Sequence record: NC_070871.1
Length of the DNA stretch: 64,000 nucleotides
Strand: one strand, 5' to 3'
Origin: Escherichia phage PGN829.1
Positions within the stretch are counted from its first letter, which is position 1. Each line of letters starts with the position of its first letter. The notes below the pieces were generated by a model, which had not been told where the DNA came from, did not search any database, and saw only the letters and a list, made by a program, of their open reading frames with translations. Of this stretch, positions 58,494 to 64,000 are shown piece after piece. The translations under genes were made by a program, and so were the position numbers.

Positions 58494-58886
58494 TCAGATT
58501 GTACAACCACCACCATCACAGGTGTTGTTTTCTGCAAAGGAAGCCAGAGCTTTAGCAGTCTCTTCTTTCTCATGCAGTACCTGACGTAGCAGGTAACCTT
58601 CTAATTCCCAAATCTTATTGAATGCATTTTCATATGCATACTGACGGCCTTTTTGCTCATCATAGATAGCTGGGTCAACACAGGCAGATACACCTTCAAC
58701 TTTGAAGCCATTTTCCAAGATGATAATGCAATAGGTTATCAGACCCAGGTTAGCCAAATCATCTGCCGGGAGTGCAGATGGATCAACAAATGCAGACTTC
58801 ACTGCATCAGCTCCATTAAAATAGTAGACGCTCTTAATCTTAGCTTCGATTGCTTCTTTACTTACTGTTGCCATTATTAGCCTCAT
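58494..58886 (-). CDS. hypothetical protein
   Basis: 130-aa ORF (possibly starting at internal ATG 58874); no family recognised. Confidence 0.35.
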   Translation of the reverse strand: MRLIMATVSKEAIEAKIKSVYYFNGADAVKSAFVDPSALPADDLANLGLITYCIIILENGFKVEGVSACVDPAIYDEQKGRQYAYENAFNKIWELEGYLLRQVLHEKEETAKALASFAENNTCDGGGCTI

Positions 58887-59016
58887 AGAGTGGTTTGAGT
58901 TTGTACTTAAACATGACTGCGTTGTTATAGGCTACGCTACCTGCAAACACCAAAGACTTGCGTCCTCGATTATCCGTTACCTCATAGGCATACGGGGTTG
59001 AGATTAGGTCAATCAT
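58858..59016 (-). CDS. small hypothetical protein (weak)
   Basis: ORF-track ORF uses TTG start inside the terminator; internal ATG at 59014-59016 gives 52 aa; no good SD. Confidence 0.2.
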   Translation of the reverse strand: MIDLISTPYAYEVTDNRGRKSLVFAGSVAYNNAVMFKYKLKPLYEANNGNSK

Positions 59017-59040
59017 ATTGATTATCCAATTATTAATACT

Positions 59041-59080
59041 CAAATAAAAAAGTCCCCCAGAGTGACGGCTCCAGGGGACT
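59041..59080 (-). terminator. intrinsic terminator closing the minus-strand noncoding/tRNA-like transcription unit
   Basis: Stem AGTCCCC/GGGGACT enclosing a 16-nt loop, followed on minus strand by TTTTTATTTG. Confidence 0.55.
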
Positions 59081-59762
59081 TAGTACTATTTACCCATAGC
59101 TGGGAGGCTTTTGGTTCTTACCACGAAGACAGTCCACGCTGACCAGGCTTGGGATTGATAGTCCCGTTCCTGTGGTAATTACTCAGGCTAGGATTTAAGG
59201 AGTTCCTATTCTCCAGCGAAATTCCCGTCGAAGGGAATAACAATACAATAGCAGCCACTGGACTGTCTTACCAGTGTTGTCTTTAGAGTGCGGTGCAATC
59301 AGGACTATGTTACTGCTAAATAGGTGAGTCATGCCAGACTCTAACTGGCTCCTTCTTCGCAATCCTTACATACCCCTACATAATTATTGCGTTAAGCTTT
59401 TTTGTTTAAGTTTAAGTGAAGGCGTTCTTGCTGACTCATAATAGGGTGGGCGTTTGACGAATGACTAGTTCGTTACTACCCATTTGCCATAAGTACCTGG
59501 CGACTTGGGTTTGAGGTGGGAGTCCGAGTCCTGTACAGCCTTACCGTTAACACATTGGCAGCGTATCTAGAATTGCACTTCCGGCAACTGGATTTAACTG
59601 TTACACCTCAAATATGGTAGGGGCGTCCAGAAGTCTCATCTGGTACTTACGCCGTCGTATGGTTACGACTTACCCCCATAATTCTTCCAATTCAGAGTAG
59701 CACTGTCACGGTAGGTGCTTTAAATGCCGGGAAACATTTAAATATACAATGCTACTTTGAAT

Positions 59763-59886
59763 TGGTTATCAGTGAAGGATTCGAACCTCCGGTTGGAGTC
59801 TATAGCTTACCGCAGCAGCCCTCCAATCTAGCGGTGTCACACTTAGTCCAAACTTGAACATGTCAAGCCATCTCGTGCAACTGATA
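59763..59886 (-). tRNA. tRNA-like element 1 (acceptor stem, D-arm-like, T-arm, encoded CCA; 124 nt, no canonical anticodon arm)
   Basis: Minus-strand read: TATCAGT...GGAGG-TTCGAAT-CCTTC-ACTGATA-A-CCA; 7/7 acceptor pairing; U8, A14, G18G19 at expected positions; about 48 nt excess in the body. Confidence 0.4.
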
Positions 59887-59888
59887 AT

Positions 59889-59954
59889 TGGTTCCGGCGT
59901 CTGGACTCGAACCAGAACACTCATGCCGTGCACGGCACTAGTACCTACACCGGA
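59889..59954 (-). tRNA. tRNA-like element 2 (acceptor stem, T-arm, encoded CCA; only 66 nt)
   Basis: Minus-strand read: TCCGGTG-...-TCTGG-TTCGAGT-CCAGA-CGCCGGA-A-CCA; 2 nt from element 1; central GCCG-TGCA-CGGC hairpin instead of D/anticodon arms. Confidence 0.4.
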
Positions 59955-60135
59955 ATAAATTGCCAGGGATTCCACCTGGCTCCATCTGTTTTTAAAGTCA
60001 CTCAGATATCGTCTGGACTTGTTGTGGAGTGACGCACCACCTCACTCTTAAATGTTAACCCATTCCCAGCCCCACAACACACGCTACGGTTAAGATTATT
60101 GCGCATGGTGTATGGTCTTGCTGGTCACAACGGAA

Positions 60136-60218
60136 AGAGCACTTGCGGAGTCGAACCGCCTTGTCTTCTAGAGCTTTCGCATATAACTAATCGCTAGTCT
60201 ACGTCACCCGTAATGCTC
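60136..60218 (-). tRNA. tRNA-like element 3 (acceptor stem and T-arm, no encoded CCA; 83 nt)
   Basis: Minus-strand read: GAGCATT-...-GGCGG-TTCGACT-CCGCA-AGTGCTC-T; acceptor 7/7 with one G-U; body does not fold into a canonical cloverleaf by hand. Confidence 0.3.
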
Positions 60219-60912
60219 TTTCCTGTTATGTTCCCTGACTTATTAATCACACCTCAGGGACGCAGTGCGCCGAATTTGTTTACAAGGAATCGGAAGACCT
60301 TGCTGACTTACAGGCTATTACGCCGCCATCAGAATAACATCATCGTTTGCATTTATGTAATTGGTTCGTTTCTAAAAAACCGCATAATCGCTTACGAAAA
60401 CTATCAAAGAGTACACTAAGCACAGGTAGCTATCCTGCCGTCTTCTCTACCTACACCGGCTACAGTGTAGACCTCCGCACGTTAGCTTAATATACTCATT
60501 GATAGGATGTTATAATAGGGGAGGGAGGACGAGTCCCTCTTTACCCTATGATTTAGTTTACACGTAAGACCTAACATTTCAATGCTGGATGAATAGAGTA
60601 ATGAACTATCCGACATTAATGGTTAATGTTGTGCTCAGCATGAGCGTTAGTTGATAAGGGATCTGAAGCCTTATCCCAAAGATACTAACCTTTGGGATAT
60701 AGCCTAAGATTCAGAAATGGCCACTATAGGGAGAGGCCATTGATTAACCCGAATGTTGCTTTACATTTTCTGTGATAACCCATTCTTAAAATAGTCTGTC
60801 TGACGGATGGGGGGCCACCCCTAGCGTCAGTGCCATACGGCAAAGATTAAGTTAAGAAAGGTTATGATAGGAGTTCCTATCTCAAAGGATTCTAACAGAA
60901 CCCTTCACGATA

Positions 60913-61083
60913 TTAACTACTCTTTTTCAGTGCTTCTACTTCGCCCTCTTTATACCAAGCATATGGTATTAAGATTTTGCAGCCTTCTGATTCAATGTGA
61001 AATGCTTTCTTTCCTTCAACAGGTTCTCCACCCATGAAAGAACTAATCTTCCCATTGAGCCAGTGAATAGTAAATTTGTTCAT
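60913..61083 (-). CDS. small hypothetical protein (56 aa), below ORF-track cutoff
   Basis: Own translation MNKFTIHWLNGKISSFMGGEPVEGKKAFHIESEGCKILIPYAWYKEGEVEALKKSS; GAGG SD 7 nt upstream. Confidence 0.35.
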   Translation of the reverse strand: MNKFTIHWLNGKISSFMGGEPVEGKKAFHIESEGCKILIPYAWYKEGEVEALKKSS

Positions 61084-61314
61084 ATTAGCCTCAGTTGAAC
61101 CAATCCCCTTCGGAGAGTATTAAAGGGGACTGGTTCGGTTGTTGTTATTCTGGCGGCTTGTCACCACCGTGTTTACCACTGCATTTCCACAGGATAATGA
61201 CAGTGATGATAAAAGCTATGTATGGAGCCGACACGTCTATAATCCTGACCAGTAGTAGCATCAGGACTATAAACACTACCACACCTAGCAGCAGCTTCTG
61301 AGCCACCTACCAAA

Positions 61315-61755
61315 TTAACTACGTTTAAGGCCAGCGAACAGTGAAGGCTTAGTAGCAGGTTTCTCTGCTGGTTCTTCAGCCTTAACTTCTTCCTGCACAA
61401 CTTCTTCTTGTGCTTCTGGTTCAGTCACTGCTTCTTCTTCAGGTTCCGGCGTAGAACTCCCGTTCTGACCACCAGTAGAGGTCTGGGTTTCTTCTTCCTT
61501 TACCTCTTCAACCGTTTCTTCCGGTTCCGGTTCTACCGGACGGTGTTTGGCTTCCTGAGGATTCTTACGAGAACGGCGAGTTTTCTTCTCTACTCCCACG
61601 GGTGGAGTATCTTCATGAACCTCTTCGTTGATACCAACGGAGGCTGTACCATCTGCATTGATGACAATATTAATATCACCAGCAAGGTTGATTTGATCAT
61701 CGACATAAGCCTGTACAGCAGCTTCTACTTCGGACTGGTTCAAAATGATTTGCAT
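61315..61755 (-). CDS. acidic protein with SSB-like C-terminal tail tip
   Basis: 146 aa; Glu/Pro-rich low-complexity tail ending KPSLFAGLKRS, echoing the SSB C-terminus ...GGKSLFGKR. Confidence 0.4.
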   Translation of the reverse strand: MQIILNQSEVEAAVQAYVDDQINLAGDINIVINADGTASVGINEEVHEDTPPVGVEKKTRRSRKNPQEAKHRPVEPEPEETVEEVKEEETQTSTGGQNGSSTPEPEEEAVTEPEAQEEVVQEEVKAEEPAEKPATKPSLFAGLKRS

Positions 61756-61756
61756 A

Positions 61757-62311
61757 TTATGCCTTTAATAACTTAATGAGGTTCTGGAAAGCTGGGAGAT
61801 TTACACCAGCGTGGATTGCACCGATTGCATCTGCTAAGTGCTCATTCTTATTCAGAAGTTTGCCCTTCTTATCAGTGAGCCAGTTGGCTTCTGGATAGAC
61901 GGCATGAGCAGCACGAATCATCGTGTCCTTAGATGCAGTTTTATCACCGACCAGTGCAAGTTTGTTTTCAATTGGGGATACTTCAAAGATTGGACAACCT
62001 AATGCACGAAATGCACCTATTAATCCTACGCATACGCCATAGGATTTCATACCGTTAGCAGACTGAGAGCCTACTGGTACTTCTACGAATACTGCTTTAG
62101 CAGACCGTAACCATTCTTCACAACCAAGAAACAAATCGTGAGCGGCTTGTATATCTTTGGAGTTGGTTCGAACTTGTTTGTTGTGGTCAACTTCAGTTTG
62201 AACCAGTTTAAGTTCGACCTGCTCGAAGACGCCGGACTCAATGTCCAGCATCCCACGAGCTAAACCCCAATTGCGGAGACTAATGTCTGCACCAACAATT
62301 GGGATTTTCAT
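61757..62311 (-). CDS. RuvC-like Holliday junction resolvase
   Basis: 184 aa; N-terminal IVGADIS (RuvC GxDxGS-like), VFVEVPV, C-terminal NEHLADAIGAIHAG (RuvC H-x-AD-A motif). Confidence 0.5.
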   Translation of the reverse strand: MKIPIVGADISLRNWGLARGMLDIESGVFEQVELKLVQTEVDHNKQVRTNSKDIQAAHDLFLGCEEWLRSAKAVFVEVPVGSQSANGMKSYGVCVGLIGAFRALGCPIFEVSPIENKLALVGDKTASKDTMIRAAHAVYPEANWLTDKKGKLLNKNEHLADAIGAIHAGVNLPAFQNLIKLLKA

Positions 62312-63108
62312 TAACGTTTACCGAACAGTGATTTACCACCAGCAGGAGCAGTACCCGTGCCAGCACTTGGTTTAGGAAGCAAGCCACCTTTGCCATTAAC
62401 ACCAGCAGAACCCTTGGTCTTATCACGGGTTTTACCCTTGTTCTTTTCTAACCATGCTGCATAAAATACAGCCAGTTCTGGGGTCAGTTCTTTCTCAGCC
62501 TTCTCTGCTTCCTGAGCCTCGACGACTGTGACCAGCAGTTCCGGGTGAAACACTTTCTGAATCTCGTTTACTTCACGGGTTTCACCGGAATCAACGTAAC
62601 CGTTGTCACCCTTAACCTGCTTAGATTCCAGAACCTTTTCCAGGGCGAAGGTAACAGTCTGACCAACCAGGTCTACTGGAACCATGACAGATTTATTAAC
62701 TTCTGCTTTAGCATCGAAGTCATAGACTTTAACAATCTTCTCTTCGAAGTCAGCCTCAGGCAGTTCCGTACCGGTAGCCATCAGCATCATGTCGTTAATG
62801 ACGGTGTATCCCGGCAGGAAGTATTCTTTACCGTTCTTCTCGTAAGTAGGCTTATTGCCTTTAGAATTACCAGAAGTGAAGTACACCTGTGAACGGAACT
62901 CGCCAGCATCATTACCATCAGAACCTTTCAGGTTTTCAATGATTAACTGCATCCAGTCTGCACCAGAGTCAGCTTTACCTACGTAAGCTACTTTTACAGT
63001 ACCGGTGTAGATATCTGACTCCTTTGCACCGAAGCCACCACCACCAAGGGAGTCTTTTACAGCTTCAACGTTTTTGGTTTTTTCTTTCAAGTTACTGAAC
63101 AGTGACAT
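62311..63108 (-). CDS. single-stranded DNA-binding protein (N4 SSB/gp45-like)
   Basis: 265 aa, the size I recall for N4 SSB; Gly-rich flexible C-terminal tail; sits between RecA-fold ATPase and resolvase genes. Confidence 0.5.
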   Translation of the reverse strand: MSLFSNLKEKTKNVEAVKDSLGGGGFGAKESDIYTGTVKVAYVGKADSGADWMQLIIENLKGSDGNDAGEFRSQVYFTSGNSKGNKPTYEKNGKEYFLPGYTVINDMMLMATGTELPEADFEEKIVKVYDFDAKAEVNKSVMVPVDLVGQTVTFALEKVLESKQVKGDNGYVDSGETREVNEIQKVFHPELLVTVVEAQEAEKAEKELTPELAVFYAAWLEKNKGKTRDKTKGSAGVNGKGGLLPKPSAGTGTAPAGGKSLFGKR

Positions 63109-63148
63109 AATATTTTTCCTAATAAGTGATTAACAACCAGGCAAACGC

Positions 63149-63901
63149 TTAAGCGTAGTATTCAGCCAGATGGTCTAAGAGTTTCTGGGCATCATTATCA
63201 ATGTAAGTCTCAGACTTATCGAACATACCCATTGGGGAACGTAGACGTTTACCAACAGACTTCTTGGTTGGGCGAGTCTGGAATACGTGCTTATAACCTA
63301 AGTCACGTTCTTCTTCGGTAATTTCAAGCATCTTGTTGCCATACTTCTCCAGCTCTTTAATGTCTACACGCTCTGCGTAAACCACTGTAGAGAAGTAAGC
63401 CTCAAGACCATTGTTCTTCAGAGAACCTTTCACTGGGATGAATGTTTTAATCACACCAGCAGCTTCGTCGAGTTCATCTTTGGCATGGGCAGTAATAATT
63501 ACTGGCTTACCAAATTTAACAACTTTCTGTTGCAGCAGTATTTTAAAGAACTGTGCAAAATCTCCCCATGCCTTCTGAGTATTAGCAGATGGCAGTACAT
63601 ACTGAGATTCCAGCATATCCATCATGAAGGTAGCAGAGTCGATAATGATTCCATCAACATCGTCTGCCATTTCACCACCTGGGGATGCAACATCAAATGC
63701 TTCCCAAATCTGATATGGGTCTTCAATGTTGTAGGTATTAAACTTGTTACGGAAAGGTAGACGTTTACCTGCTTCAGTATTCAGATAGAGCCAGCGTTCC
63801 TGGTTCCTGATGTTACGCAGTGATGCTGATTTACCACTCGCTGAGAATCCTGCAATCAGGATTAGCTGAGTGTTCATATCATTGGAGATTTCTTCGGACA
63901 T
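63149..63901 (-). CDS. P-loop ATPase (RecA-fold recombination/replication ATPase, Sak4/AAA_24-like)
   Basis: 250 aa; Walker A GFSASGKS near N-terminus, Walker B-like IIIDSA. Confidence 0.5.
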   Translation of the reverse strand: MSEEISNDMNTQLILIAGFSASGKSASLRNIRNQERWLYLNTEAGKRLPFRNKFNTYNIEDPYQIWEAFDVASPGGEMADDVDGIIIDSATFMMDMLESQYVLPSANTQKAWGDFAQFFKILLQQKVVKFGKPVIITAHAKDELDEAAGVIKTFIPVKGSLKNNGLEAYFSTVVYAERVDIKELEKYGNKMLEITEEERDLGYKHVFQTRPTKKSVGKRLRSPMGMFDKSETYIDNDAQKLLDHLAEYYA

Positions 63902-63958
63902 TATTTTTCCTCGTTTAATTTAGGAGTCCTTCAAACCAAAGAAAGACTCCTGTTTACT

Positions 63959-64000
63959 TATTTGCCAGCGTAGCGTTTAGCTACAGTGACCATTACGGTT
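63959..64000 (-). CDS. 3' end of an upstream minus-strand gene (partial, last 13 codons in window)
   Basis: Own translation ...TVMVTVAKRYAGK-stop with TAA at 63959-63961; too short to characterise. Confidence 0.25.

Noticed and set aside
59205-59245. Hairpin ATTCCC-GTCGAA-GGGAAT as a tRNA T-arm
   Set aside because: Loop is 6 nt rather than 7 and no acceptor-stem partner flanks it.
59964-59980. Hairpin CCAGG-GATTCCA-CCTGG considered as a fourth tRNA T-arm or anticodon arm
   Set aside because: Loop matches neither T-loop (TTCRANN) nor anticodon-loop (Y-U-NNN-R-N) rules on either strand, and no adjacent acceptor pairing was found.
60712-60734. Bona fide T7 RNA polymerase promoter
   Set aside because: Only -7 to +6 matches; the -17 to -8 specificity region matches at 2 of 10 positions, so it cannot be a canonical T7 promoter; kept only as a curiosity finding.
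1-64000. CRISPR array, integrase/attachment site, rRNA, transposase or IS element
   Set aside because: No spaced direct repeats, no tyrosine/serine recombinase-like ORF, no IS terminal inverted repeats seen; the tRNA-like elements have no nearby integrase, consistent with a strictly lytic N4-like phage.

Overview
The window is most of the genome of an N4-like podovirus (Schitoviridae-type), in a circularly permuted assembly. The anchor is a 3456-aa virion-encapsidated RNA polymerase gene (47467-57837, +) at the end of a plus-strand late/structural operon: terminase, two tail fibre/tailspike genes, a lysis cassette, portal, scaffold, major capsid protein and internal virion proteins. Early and middle genes lie on the minus strand in two blocks. 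Block 1 (24488 down to 1) holds a tandem paralogous early-gene family, a split T7-like RNAP II interrupted by a homing-endonuclease-like gene, a MoxR ATPase/VWA pair, dCTP deaminase, a ThyX-like gene and rIIA/rIIB-like genes. Block 2 (63901 down to 57875) holds an ATPase, SSB, a RuvC-like resolvase and a DUF2829 (Tad2-like) gene. Most transcription units end in clear intrinsic terminators. The most unusual features are: a 1.9-kb ORF-free segment (59044-60912) carrying three tRNA-like elements with non-canonical bodies; a compositionally foreign GC-rich receptor-binding module (about 28795-31024); three homing-endonuclease-like insertions; and an N4 P2-like hairpin with a GGA loop (21234-21248). 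No integrase, CRISPR array or rRNA was found. All calls rest on reading the sequence and recalled family signatures; no database search was run.
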